A stretch of 64,000 nt of DNA. It comes from a virus. Within the stretch, counting starts at the first letter, position 1. The number at the start of each line of letters is the position of its first letter. The notes below the pieces were generated by a model. It worked only from the letters and a program-made list of their open reading frames with translations, was not told the DNA's origin and searched no databases. Shown here piece after piece: positions 1 through 7,464 of this stretch. The DNA is taken from positions 1-64,000 of the IMG/VR virus record IMGVR_UViG_3300034103_001027. One strand, written 5' to 3'. Position numbers and translations under genes: made by a program.

Positions 1-925
1 GAGAACTCCTAGCCTCAGCGCCAAGTTCCACATGCCTTGCGCCATCGGCCATCCCAACGTAGCGGCAGTACAGACCTGTCTCTTTTGGTTCGATCCACAC
101 GCCAGTAGCTTCATTTGTCGAGATGGCTGCGGTGTGTCGCAGGAAATCCACCATCTGGTCACGATGCACATTCCAGGAGTTCTCGACCCACTTTGCACTT
201 ACCTTCGCCAGCGCAGGCGGCTTTGATCCGGTTGTCTCAAGCGATACGGCTATCGACCCTCCTTGAGTCGAGAAGCATGCACGAGCGTCATCGACGCAGA
301 TGTCAACTTCATCGGACAACGCACAGAATTTATGCAGTGACTGAATCGCCTGCTTCGATATGACGACATCGAACTCTTCAGACGATGTACACTCCATCCA
401 GGAGTAAGCGCCATACGTTGGAATGACAGCAGCGAACTCCAGCTTGTTGCCGCAGGCCGTGAATCGAACTCCGTCAGCGTATTTGACGCCAAAGTCAAAT
501 CCAACTGACTCTGATATTCGGACGCACCTTAGCAGTTCCTTAGTGCCAGCAGTTACCATTGGCTTTGTGGACATCTTAGGAACGGATATCCACTGATCAT
601 ACGCAGGGATATCTATAGACGGGCCAGCGCCCTTGAGCCTGATCTTGTTCTTTAGAGATGAAATACTAATGTCATCGCCAGATATTAGACTGGCGGTCTT
701 GCTGAGGAGGTCACAGTTGACTATGGCCTCCTCAGCTTCGCCTTCGCATAGGACTTTAAGGTCACACCCTCCATGGATGCCGGAAGACTGCACTCGAATA
801 GCACCATCTACCGGAACTACCCTAACGCACTGTCTCGGCAGCGCCGGGCTTCTTGGGTTTGCGAATCGAGAGGCAACCCCAAGCGCAAGAACCATTTCCT
901 TCTTATTGACCCTAAAGCTACCCAT
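1..925 (-). CDS. dnaN: DNA polymerase III beta subunit (sliding clamp)-like protein, 3'-truncated by the window edge
   Basis: Not in the ORF track because it runs off the window. Translated by hand from the ATG at 925: MGSFRVNKKEMVLALGVASRFANPRSPALPRQCVRVVPVDGAIRVQSSGIHGGCDLKV...VKYADGVRFTACGNKLEFAA... The frame is open to base 1. The residue pattern follows DnaN domains 1-2 (F.V.+..L...L....., then the xxY..GV.F....N.L segment). Confidence 0.65.
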   Translation of the reverse strand, partial: MGSFRVNKKEMVLALGVASRFANPRSPALPRQCVRVVPVDGAIRVQSSGIHGGCDLKVLCEGEAEEAIVNCDLLSKTASLISGDDISISSLKNKIRLKGAGPSIDIPAYDQWISVPKMSTKPMVTAGTKELLRCVRISESVGFDFGVKYADGVRFTACGNKLEFAAVIPTYGAYSWMECTSSEEFDVVISKQAIQSLHKFCALSDEVDICVDDARACFSTQGGSIAVSLETTGSKPPALAKVSAKWVENSWNVHRDQMVDFLRHTAAISTNEATGVWIEPKETGLYCRYVGMADGARHVELGAEARSS

Positions 926-933
926 GATCACAC

Positions 934-1134
934 CTAAGCAAAAGGATTCACTTCACTGCCGCCAGCACCGGGAGCAGCGCCAGGAGGTGTCGGCTTCGAC
1001 ATCTTCTTGGCTGTTGGACCTTCTTCGCCGTAGATCACGCATCCATTTCGGATACACGTTTCTGGCTCGATGCAGTCCTTGCCGCATTCCAACTCTTCCT
1101 CTGGAACCTCACCACGAATTTCATTCGGAACCAT
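934..1134 (-). CDS. small hypothetical protein
   Basis: 66-aa ORF packed between neighbouring minus-strand genes, with GGAG just upstream. Confidence 0.55.
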   Translation of the reverse strand: MVPNEIRGEVPEEELECGKDCIEPETCIRNGCVIYGEEGPTAKKMSKPTPPGAAPGAGGSEVNPFA

Positions 1135-1136
1135 TA

Positions 1137-1439
1137 CTAAACTCCTAACTCTTTAACGAACACACCATCAACCAATCGTCCGCGACGATCCTTAATTTCA
1201 TCCCACGCCGTTTCCTGGCATTCGCTCAAACTTGAATCCAGCTGCTTGGCCATAACCGTCAAGACGACGCAAGCATCGCCTATGCCATCCAGAGCGCCGT
1301 CGTAATCTCCGATAGCCACCGCTGTGGCGAGTTCACCGATTTCCTCGAGTAACTTTGATAACTGCAACGCCGCTGTGGATCCTTTAATTAGATTGCGATC
1401 TTCAGCCCACTTCTCAACTCGTTCTTGCCAGCTCGACAT
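1137..1439 (-). CDS. MazG-like nucleotide pyrophosphohydrolase
   Basis: WAEDRNL...QLSKLLEEIGELA...DGIGDACVVL...AWDEIKDRRG...FVKE is typical of phage MazG-like proteins. Start placed at ATG 1439, after GAGG. Confidence 0.85.
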   Translation of the reverse strand: MSSWQERVEKWAEDRNLIKGSTAALQLSKLLEEIGELATAVAIGDYDGALDGIGDACVVLTVMAKQLDSSLSECQETAWDEIKDRRGRLVDGVFVKELGV

Positions 1440-1498
1440 TTGATACCTCTCTTTTGTTAAGGAAAACAGAACACATTGGGATATTATCAGACTTCGGA

Positions 1499-1509
1499 TA
1501 TATGGCAAG
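1499..1509 (-). promoter_or_regulatory. CTTGCCATATA motif; putative promoter TTGCCA-N16-TAATAT
   Basis: Exact 11-mer also found at 32801, 59804, 62289 and 63779. This copy is intergenic, upstream of the MazG-like gene. Confidence 0.55.
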
Positions 1510-1569
1510 TCAAGGATATCAGAAAATCATGAAAAATCTTTTAGCTTACAGCGGCCTTCCGGTCCATCA

Positions 1570-1794
1570 CTAAAAAGGAATCTGATCGCGGATGAGCGGG
1601 CTGCTGATGATTTCGTTAGGCTCCCATTTGACATCCGACTTGACGACAGTTTCTACCGCCTCGAGAACCGTGAACTCCTCCCCTGGGTTGAGTCTTGCCA
1701 ATCTCTCAGCTTCATCCCGCGCTGCCTGCTTCGATTGATGTCTATAGCATGGCATTCCTTCGCCAAGTACCATCCAGAATTTCGCTCTACTCAT
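1570..1794 (-). CDS. conserved phage hypothetical protein
   Basis: 74 aa with FWMV...H.S...A..EAERLA..NPG..F.VLEA, a pattern common in phage small proteins. AAGGTG RBS upstream. Confidence 0.7.
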   Translation of the reverse strand: MSRAKFWMVLGEGMPCYRHQSKQAARDEAERLARLNPGEEFTVLEAVETVVKSDVKWEPNEIISSPLIRDQIPF

Positions 1795-1807
1795 AAATCA
1801 CCTTTAT

Positions 1808-1888
1808 TTAGATTGTGTCTTTGACCTTCAGCCTGTTCGCGCGCTCAATGCCACGATCAATAGCCGATATCTCGATCTCAACCGCCAT
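1808..1888 (-). CDS. possible 26-aa peptide MAVEIEISAIDRGIERANRLKVKDTI
   Basis: Translated by hand. It fills the gap between two genes and has GAGG shortly upstream. Confidence 0.35.
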   Translation of the reverse strand: MAVEIEISAIDRGIERANRLKVKDTI

Positions 1889-1891
1889 GCA

Positions 1892-2740
1892 CTACCTCGC
1901 TATAATAGAGTCCACTTCCAAGACGTTACTGGAGTACTTCACCTGTCCAGCGTACTGGCCATCGATAGTCACCTTCACTCCACTATCGATAACCGAGCAT
2001 TCGATTTGATGCCTGCTCATCCACTCGTCGCTAGCATCTGAACCAGGCGCTGCAACCCCAAGCACTAGCTTGACTCCAGAAGCAATAGCCCGCTTAATTA
2101 TCTTCCCAAACACCGCCATATTCGCTTCAGGATTGGGATGCTCTAGCGAGACCGCCTCATGAAGCGCTTCGGCCCACTTGTAGAGATCCTCTTTTGATCC
2201 ATCATTCTCTACAGTGAAGGTCTTTCGATTGAACACGTTCCCAGCGTCCGACACATGGTCGTTCACGGGACCAACTCCTGGGCGCTCTACTAGGGCAAGC
2301 ACCCCGTTGATTGATTCCAATGCATCAACCTCGTTGTCAAATCTGCAATTTGTGATAACGACGTTAGTCCCGTTTCTTATGTGATTCTTGATCGTAGGCA
2401 TTGCAGCGTCCACCCAGACATCATCACCAATGATAGCGCGCATGACATCTGTTCCTAGCCATTGCAGATACTTCCTGACGCTTGGTATCCTCTTAGCTTC
2501 GATCCATCCTCTTTGCCTTACTACAGACCGGAGTCTCCTCGGTATCCATCCGACCCAGACGATTGGATCGATTTCTAGGGCGATGTCGCAAAGCTTGTCA
2601 CTCCAGCCGACCTTCACGTACCCAAATTTCTCGACGAGAATATCAGCGACAGCATCTTTGCCTGCGGTCGCGTACCCAGTAAGCCCAATGACCTTACCTT
2701 TAACCTTGTTCGCTTCAACTTGCATCCGAAACTCTTCCAT
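1892..2740 (-). CDS. deoxynucleoside monophosphate kinase with a C-terminal extension
   Basis: P-loop IGLTGYATAGKD, R.YLQWLGTD..R, VVITNCRFDNE, HVSD. Start placed at the MEEFR ATG, which overlaps the upstream stop. Confidence 0.85.
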   Translation of the reverse strand: MEEFRMQVEANKVKGKVIGLTGYATAGKDAVADILVEKFGYVKVGWSDKLCDIALEIDPIVWVGWIPRRLRSVVRQRGWIEAKRIPSVRKYLQWLGTDVMRAIIGDDVWVDAAMPTIKNHIRNGTNVVITNCRFDNEVDALESINGVLALVERPGVGPVNDHVSDAGNVFNRKTFTVENDGSKEDLYKWAEALHEAVSLEHPNPEANMAVFGKIIKRAIASGVKLVLGVAAPGSDASDEWMSRHQIECSVIDSGVKVTIDGQYAGQVKYSSNVLEVDSIIAR

Positions 2741-2742
2741 GG
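2710..2742. repeat. 33-bp direct repeat, copy 1
   Basis: TCGCTTCAACTTGCATCCGAAACTCTTCCATGG, 31/33 identical to 3236-3268. Confidence 0.9.
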
Positions 2743-3266
2743 ATAGGGGCAGCTCCTTTCTCGATTTCACTTGTCGGCACTCCGATAAACCTATTCCAGC
2801 ATGCAGCCAGTCTCCTGGCTTCCTCTCGACGAAAGATCGTGCCGCTACATTCTTCACGACTATCCGACAGGCATTCGCCATTAAATCCGCAGGCATGTTC
2901 ATGGTCGCGGTGGCATGAAAAAGGAACCAACGCAGTAACATCTCCAGATGCTATTCTTCGATTTGAAATCACCGCATATCGATCACATAAACAAACCCCA
3001 ACCAAATCGACTGACTCTCGAATAACGCAGAACTCAATCCTAGGCTGACCAGCTTTCATTGCGTCATAAACTACACTTGAATCCACTGGCACATCGCCTG
3101 CATGCCATTTGGATCTTTTAATCATCCCAATAGATTGAGCCCCGCGAGTCCAGCGCTTATTAGACTTAACAGTAACCCCAGATACCATGAGTTCTATAAG
3201 CATCTCACAATCGACGATGCGGCTGTTGTTGTTAGTCGCATCAACTTGCATCCGAAGCTCTTCCAT
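2715..3266 (-). CDS. hypothetical protein bounded by direct repeats
   Basis: ORF starting MEELRMQV. It ends HGRVSDAS, nearly the same as the end of the upstream gene (HGRASDAS). Contains an EEARRLAACWN motif. Confidence 0.7.
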   Translation of the reverse strand: MEELRMQVDATNNNSRIVDCEMLIELMVSGVTVKSNKRWTRGAQSIGMIKRSKWHAGDVPVDSSVVYDAMKAGQPRIEFCVIRESVDLVGVCLCDRYAVISNRRIASGDVTALVPFSCHRDHEHACGFNGECLSDSREECSGTIFRREEARRLAACWNRFIGVPTSEIEKGAAPIHGRVSDAS

Positions 3267-3268
3267 GG
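3236..3268. repeat. 33-bp direct repeat, copy 2
   Basis: TCGCATCAACTTGCATCCGAAGCTCTTCCATGG. Confidence 0.9.
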
Positions 3269-4119
3269 CAGTTCTCAACCTCCTCCAGTCTCCTCACCGA
3301 TAGATCAATCTGACTTTCGCGAATATCCACCCCAATCGACTGCCGACCATGATTCTCAGCGACAGCCATTGTCGTTCCACTGCCACAGAAGCAATCTAAG
3401 ACAATGCCTCCAGGCTTGCAGAACGAAAGAATAAATGCCGCAGCTAGAGCCTCGGGAAATGGGGCTTCGTTTTCATGCGAAAGCATGCTGCCCATACGAC
3501 CTCCACCGACCTTGCACTTAATCACATTCCCTGGATTGGCAATTTTAGGTGGGTTATATCCTTGCTGCCGCTTACCATCGGCATCTGCTTTCGTGTGTAA
3601 CTTATGTACTCGACGACCATTAGCCATGCGATGCGAAGGCTCTCCACCAGGAGCCCATTTAGGAGGCTTCCCAGTGGCTGTATTGTCACTCCAAGGCAAC
3701 TTCCCTTTACTGGAGCACACAACAAACTCGTAGTCATTTCGCCACCAATCAGGACCACCACTTCCTGGGATGCCGATACGATTAAATACTGGCGGCTTGC
3801 GAAGTCGGACACCAGCGCGATGCAGATCCGCCATGAGCAGTGCCGGTGTTGCAGACCACCGAAACTTCCTGGTCTGACCCTCAACGACCCACGCGACCAA
3901 GCCCTTGCATATTCTGTCGCACTCCATGTATCTTTCCACAGCCCAATCAACCCAATCCTGCCCGCGCAAGTTAAACCCAACGCCATAGGTTCGCGCTGCC
4001 TCATACGGAGGCGAGCACAAGACTAGGTCCACTGAATTGTCTGGCATGCTACGCATGAAATCCAGGCAATCTGCACGCACAAGCAGTGTCTTAGTTTCAG
4101 ATGCTTCAATAGCCACCAT
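3241..4119 (-). CDS. N4-cytosine/N6-adenine DNA methyltransferase (beta class)
   Basis: Catalytic motif DLVLCSPPY near the N-terminus and SAM-binding motif VLDCFCGSGTT near the C-terminus, with APFP between them. Confidence 0.9.
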   Translation of the reverse strand: MVAIEASETKTLLVRADCLDFMRSMPDNSVDLVLCSPPYEAARTYGVGFNLRGQDWVDWAVERYMECDRICKGLVAWVVEGQTRKFRWSATPALLMADLHRAGVRLRKPPVFNRIGIPGSGGPDWWRNDYEFVVCSSKGKLPWSDNTATGKPPKWAPGGEPSHRMANGRRVHKLHTKADADGKRQQGYNPPKIANPGNVIKCKVGGGRMGSMLSHENEAPFPEALAAAFILSFCKPGGIVLDCFCGSGTTMAVAENHGRQSIGVDIRESQIDLSVRRLEEVENCHGRASDAS

Positions 4120-4125
4120 CGCATC

Positions 4126-5289
4126 TCACTTACTTGGAGTGGGCCTGTAGACGCATCTTGCAATCTCTAAATCCTCTACGTGATACACGATGGCCTGCAT
4201 CCCACGACGCGATAGCCACCCACCATGCGCCGAATAGCTATCCCTGGCAGCAAGAGTCGGATGACACTCAATCGTGGCTGTAGGCGTCTCTATGATGGAT
4301 TGTGTATGCAGGTGCCCCGTATGAATCGAGGTGTGCGTCGTCCCGGCCATGAGGTGCCTGAATTGCCCACACACAAGATCAGCCAGTTCCTTGCCACGCT
4401 TCTTGTGTCCGTGCGTGAATGTCAAAAGATTCTTCCCATGCACGTTCGCATAGTAAGGAAGTGGACTCTGCACCACCTCAGCGCGAGGCTCGTTCTCATA
4501 TAAAACGCCAAAAGCTGATTGCATCCATAGCGCAGAGACCATATCGTGATTACCCTGAGCATTAACTAGGACCACCCTGTCGTGATAACTAAGGAGAGAC
4601 TGCATGGTCCTCCGAATGACCCTAATCGCCGTTCGAATCACTCGGTGCTGTCGACTGTCTTGGTCTAGCACATGATGATTCGTTGGCGTAACGGGCCAGA
4701 TCGAGTCAGAGTGCAGGAGGTCTCCGAGGTTCAGCAAGATCGCAGTACTGGCCTCAGGAGTGTTAGTCACGAGATAATCGAAGGCACTGTCAATCGTCGC
4801 TTCAGCAATCTTCAGGTCCCAATTGTTTCCACCCTCTTCGTGGTGGGCATACATGCCCAGGTGCGCGTCAGTGAGGACATAGAGATTCAATAGATCCTTG
4901 TCGCATCGCACCTGAAGCTCCCTATTAGGCTCCTCTGGTGTCACAAGCTGCGACATCTCCTCGACCATCGCTCTTGCTGCTTCAAGCGTCTGCTGCTGAT
5001 CTTGACGTGTCTTGACCCATCTTGCCTTAACGGCCCCAGCGTCGTCATACAGCGTAGAGACGCCATGCAGCAACTGATTCGGAGCCTGGAGGTCGTGAAG
5101 TCCAGTGTCCGGAGAGTAGCCCCTCGTTGCTGCGTAAGACTTGAGCCGAGACAGTCGCTCATTGAGGTATGATTGACTGATTCCTACAGCCTTAGCTGCC
5201 TTGCGCTGCGATCCCTCCGAGGACATTGCGCGGCACACTTTTTCATCGAGCGCACAAGAAGCGAAAGTACCAAGCTTGTCGTAATCCAT
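4126..5289 (-). CDS. calcineurin-like metallophosphoesterase with an N-terminal HTH
   Basis: Motifs TDAHLG, LGDLLH, GNHD, THGH and TGHLH. N-terminal SQRKAAKAVGISQS resembles an HTH. Confidence 0.85.
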   Translation of the reverse strand: MDYDKLGTFASCALDEKVCRAMSSEGSQRKAAKAVGISQSYLNERLSRLKSYAATRGYSPDTGLHDLQAPNQLLHGVSTLYDDAGAVKARWVKTRQDQQQTLEAARAMVEEMSQLVTPEEPNRELQVRCDKDLLNLYVLTDAHLGMYAHHEEGGNNWDLKIAEATIDSAFDYLVTNTPEASTAILLNLGDLLHSDSIWPVTPTNHHVLDQDSRQHRVIRTAIRVIRRTMQSLLSYHDRVVLVNAQGNHDMVSALWMQSAFGVLYENEPRAEVVQSPLPYYANVHGKNLLTFTHGHKKRGKELADLVCGQFRHLMAGTTHTSIHTGHLHTQSIIETPTATIECHPTLAARDSYSAHGGWLSRRGMQAIVYHVEDLEIARCVYRPTPSK

Positions 5290-5304
5290 GACATGAGGCT
5301 CCTA

Positions 5305-6750
5305 TTAACGTAAACCAACAGACTCCATAAAAGCTTCTATGAACGTCGCGGCAACTTGCGGGACGATAGCATTTCCCAGTCCACGCAACTGAGCCACTCG
5401 TCCGGGTATCCCATGAGCCAACGGGTGAAGTCCGGGTTTAGTTGGCCTACATTTCTCGTCTCGGCAGTAGAGGTACTCGACATCATTCCAGTAGCCATCT
5501 CCGCTGCCTTCGCCAGTGTCGGGTTGCCACCCTGGTAAGTCGTGCTCTGATCTGGCCGTTGTGATTTCGGAGTCGGCCAACCGGCTATCTTTGCAGCATC
5601 CACCAACGTCGTTCCTGCATGGTGCCTGCTCTCTGGATTGGACCGACTTGCTGTTGCGTTGCAAGCGCCTTTCGCATCCCCCACCGTCGCTGTAGGCCAC
5701 CCAGAAAAGCCTTTGACGGATGTGCGGCGAGCCGACGCCCGCAGCGCACAAATCGGCGGCCCCGACTGCATACCCCAATGCTTCCAAGTCAGCACGTACA
5801 GCGGTGAATGATGTTCGGAGGTCAAACGCTCTTTCAATCTGGCCTCCAAAGCCGCTTGCAGAGATGCCGACCGCGAACTTCTCTCCGCACGAATCGCAGC
5901 GGCAATCTCCAATATCTTTGACGGCCCCCAGACGTTCGCCATCACGTTTACGCAATACAGGGTCACTCTGACATTTCCAGAATCGTAACCTTTGCTGTTG
6001 TCGACCCTGTCCAACGAAGGACTGTCCCAAGTCTTGCCACCATCCAGATTGAAAGGGATACCCGTTAGTTCGCAGTGCCCACGGGAGAGCATTAACTGAA
6101 CTTCTTCCACGGAGATGTTCGATGATAAACCTTTCTTCTTCGCTCTGTACTTCGCCACGTTCAGCAAGACTTTCGCCCGCTCTGTTTTGCGGTAGTTCCT
6201 GAACTTCTCCGACTTTACCGCAGCAGGGACAGCATCCTTCCGCTTCTTCTCTTCCAATCGACAGCAGGGCTTGCATTTTGCCCTGTAGCCCTGGCGAGAT
6301 GACTTGGCCTTGTAAAATTCGCTCAATGGTTTGTCGATCCCGCATTCGCTGCACTTGCGCATCACCAGTGAGCCATTTTCTTCCCTCTGCACTGGCGACT
6401 TGCTCGCCAAAGATCGCTGGAGGTCGACACTCGTCAATGAGTCGCAAGAATTCTGGCCACAGGTGCCGTTCGTCTTTAACCCCCTTTCGCTTTCCTGCTG
6501 AGCTAAATGGCTGGCAAGGGCATGACCCTGTCCACACGGGGATATCTTTTGACCATCCGGCCATTTCGAGCGCGAGTGGCCAACCGCCAATTCCAGCGAA
6601 GAAGTGGCATTGGTCGAATCCTTTAATGTCATCGCCTTTAACATCCTTGATAGAGCGAGTGTCAATTGAGTCGAACCGCATCGGAAGGCATCCCAGCCAG
6701 TGCGCCGCCTTCTTGTCGATTTCGTTGGCGTATACCGTGAATTTACTCAT
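5305..6750 (-). CDS. C5 cytosine DNA methyltransferase, alpha polypeptide (motifs I-VIII and X) with a ~188-aa off-frame insertion
   Basis: Motif I FFAGIGG, IV GSCPCQPFS, VI FGEQV, VIII PHIRQRLF, X QLRGLGNAIVPQVA. Motif IX is absent from this frame. Confidence 0.88.
   Translation of the reverse strand: MSKFTVYANEIDKKAAHWLGCLPMRFDSIDTRSIKDVKGDDIKGFDQCHFFAGIGGWPLALEMAGWSKDIPVWTGSCPCQPFSSAGKRKGVKDERHLWPEFLRLIDECRPPAIFGEQVASAEGRKWLTGDAQVQRMRDRQTIERILQGQVISPGLQGKMQALLSIGREEAEGCCPCCGKVGEVQELPQNRAGESLAERGEVQSEEERFIIEHLRGRSSVNALPWALRTNGYPFQSGWWQDLGQSFVGQGRQQQRLRFWKCQSDPVLRKRDGERLGAVKDIGDCRCDSCGEKFAVGISASGFGGQIERAFDLRTSFTAVRADLEALGYAVGAADLCAAGVGSPHIRQRLFWVAYSDGGGCERRLQRNSKSVQSREQAPCRNDVGGCCKDSRLADSEITTARSEHDLPGWQPDTGEGSGDGYWNDVEYLYCRDEKCRPTKPGLHPLAHGIPGRVAQLRGLGNAIVPQVAATFIEAFMESVGLR
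5337..6665 (-). CDS. overlapping-frame methyltransferase beta polypeptide (motif IX) fused to an HNH-type endonuclease
   Basis: A 442-aa ORF nested in another frame of the same strand. It carries CSECG...CKPC, CELTG, SLDRVDNSKGY..GNV.....VN (HNH/EndoVII-like), WPT repeats and LNPDFTRWLMGYP (motif IX). Alternative start at ATG 6362 (MRKCSEC). Confidence 0.8.
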   Translation of the reverse strand: MTLALSRMLKAMTLKDSTNATSSLELAVGHSRSKWPDGQKISPCGQGHALASHLAQQESERGLKTNGTCGQNSCDSLTSVDLQRSLASKSPVQREENGSLVMRKCSECGIDKPLSEFYKAKSSRQGYRAKCKPCCRLEEKKRKDAVPAAVKSEKFRNYRKTERAKVLLNVAKYRAKKKGLSSNISVEEVQLMLSRGHCELTGIPFNLDGGKTWDSPSLDRVDNSKGYDSGNVRVTLYCVNVMANVWGPSKILEIAAAIRAERSSRSASLQAALEARLKERLTSEHHSPLYVLTWKHWGMQSGPPICALRASARRTSVKGFSGWPTATVGDAKGACNATASRSNPESRHHAGTTLVDAAKIAGWPTPKSQRPDQSTTYQGGNPTLAKAAEMATGMMSSTSTAETRNVGQLNPDFTRWLMGYPDEWLSCVDWEMLSSRKLPRRS

Positions 6751-6778
6751 TGCAGAATAAGTGATGGGGTTATCGAAG

Positions 6779-6794
6779 TTGCCATGTATGGCAA
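6779..6794. promoter_or_regulatory. near-palindrome TTGCCATGTATGGCAA between divergent genes
   Basis: Two inverted copies of the TTGCCAT motif in the divergent intergenic region. Confidence 0.55.
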
Positions 6795-6817
6795 GTCGTG
6801 TATCCTGATAATAAGAA

Positions 6818-6837
6818 GTTTGACACTGTCGTCAAAC
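6818..6837. promoter_or_regulatory. palindrome GTTTGAC-N6-GTCAAAC
   Basis: Related to the sites at 7174 and 8097. Confidence 0.45.
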
Positions 6838-6870
6838 GAGAGTGACCACGTTTTTAGCGAAGGATTGAAA

Positions 6871-7128
6871 ATGCCAAACAGCAACCCGAGAAAGGGCAAG
6901 GAGAAGGTCAAGATCACCTCGACCGGCAAGAAAGTCTCTTACGGCGAGAAAGGCGCTGATGTTCGACCAGGAACAGCCAAAGGTGATTCTTACTGCGCCA
7001 GAAGCGCCGGAATCAAGAAAGAGATGCTCGCCAAGGGCGGTAAGTCGGCAGAGAAAGCCAAGGACCCGAACTCGCCAAATAATCTCAGCCGTAAACGCTG
7101 GCGATGCAAAGGAGACAAGAGCGTCTAA
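6871..7128 (+). CDS. basic phage protein (DUF6321-like)
   Basis: GTAKGDSYCARS...DPNSPNNLSRKRWRC, a motif recurrent in aquatic phages. One of the few plus-strand genes. Confidence 0.7.
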   Translation: MPNSNPRKGKEKVKITSTGKKVSYGEKGADVRPGTAKGDSYCARSAGIKKEMLAKGGKSAEKAKDPNSPNNLSRKRWRCKGDKSV

Positions 7129-7173
7129 TTAGACCGCACTGCAAATCTCGTGCCAAGTACGTCTCTGTCAGAA

Positions 7174-7194
7174 ATTTTGACACGATGTCAAAAT
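7174..7194. repeat. palindrome ATTTTGACA-CGA-TGTCAAAAT
   Basis: The 19-bp core is the exact reverse complement of 8097-8115. Confidence 0.85.
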
Positions 7195-7207
7195 GAAGCC
7201 CGAAATG

Positions 7208-7435
7208 CTATTTGGCACGGGAGTTGCTAGAGCCGCCGCAACATCCTGCTCCACCGCTGCAATTGCACCAATCGCAACACTTGGCAAGCTCATTGCAGTT
7301 GCAGTCGGTGCATTGGCAGCTTGGGGAGCAATGGCACTTCTCGTCCCTGGCTGACTGAGTGTTGTACGAGACGACCGCTAGCGTGACTGACAGTGCTAGC
7401 AGGAACAATGTGGTTGTTATCTTCTTCTGGTCCAT
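7208..7435 (-). CDS. secreted or membrane-anchored metallothionein-like Cys-rich peptide
   Basis: Hydrophobic N-terminus (KKITTTLFLLALSVTLAVV), then 12 Cys arranged as CxC and CC pairs. AAGGA RBS upstream. Confidence 0.7.
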   Translation of the reverse strand: MDQKKITTTLFLLALSVTLAVVSYNTQSARDEKCHCSPSCQCTDCNCNELAKCCDWCNCSGGAGCCGGSSNSRAK

Positions 7436-7464
7436 GGCACATCCTTGTGGGTGGTTGTTTTGAG

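Noticed and set aside
32-1148. Track ORFs at 32-226, 115-363, 250-504 and 633-1148
   Set aside because: Displaced by the continuous DnaN-like frame at 1-925 on the minus strand.
3522-4004. 160-aa same-strand ORF nested in the N4/N6 methyltransferase
   Set aside because: No recognisable motifs, and the main frame already has both catalytic and SAM-binding motifs, unlike the C5 enzyme.
5806-6369. Intein, intron or ribosomal-bypass explanation for the methyltransferase insert
   Set aside because: No Cys/Ser...His-Asn intein termini, no intron core, and no stop codon after a take-off codon. Both frames read through. Not excluded experimentally.
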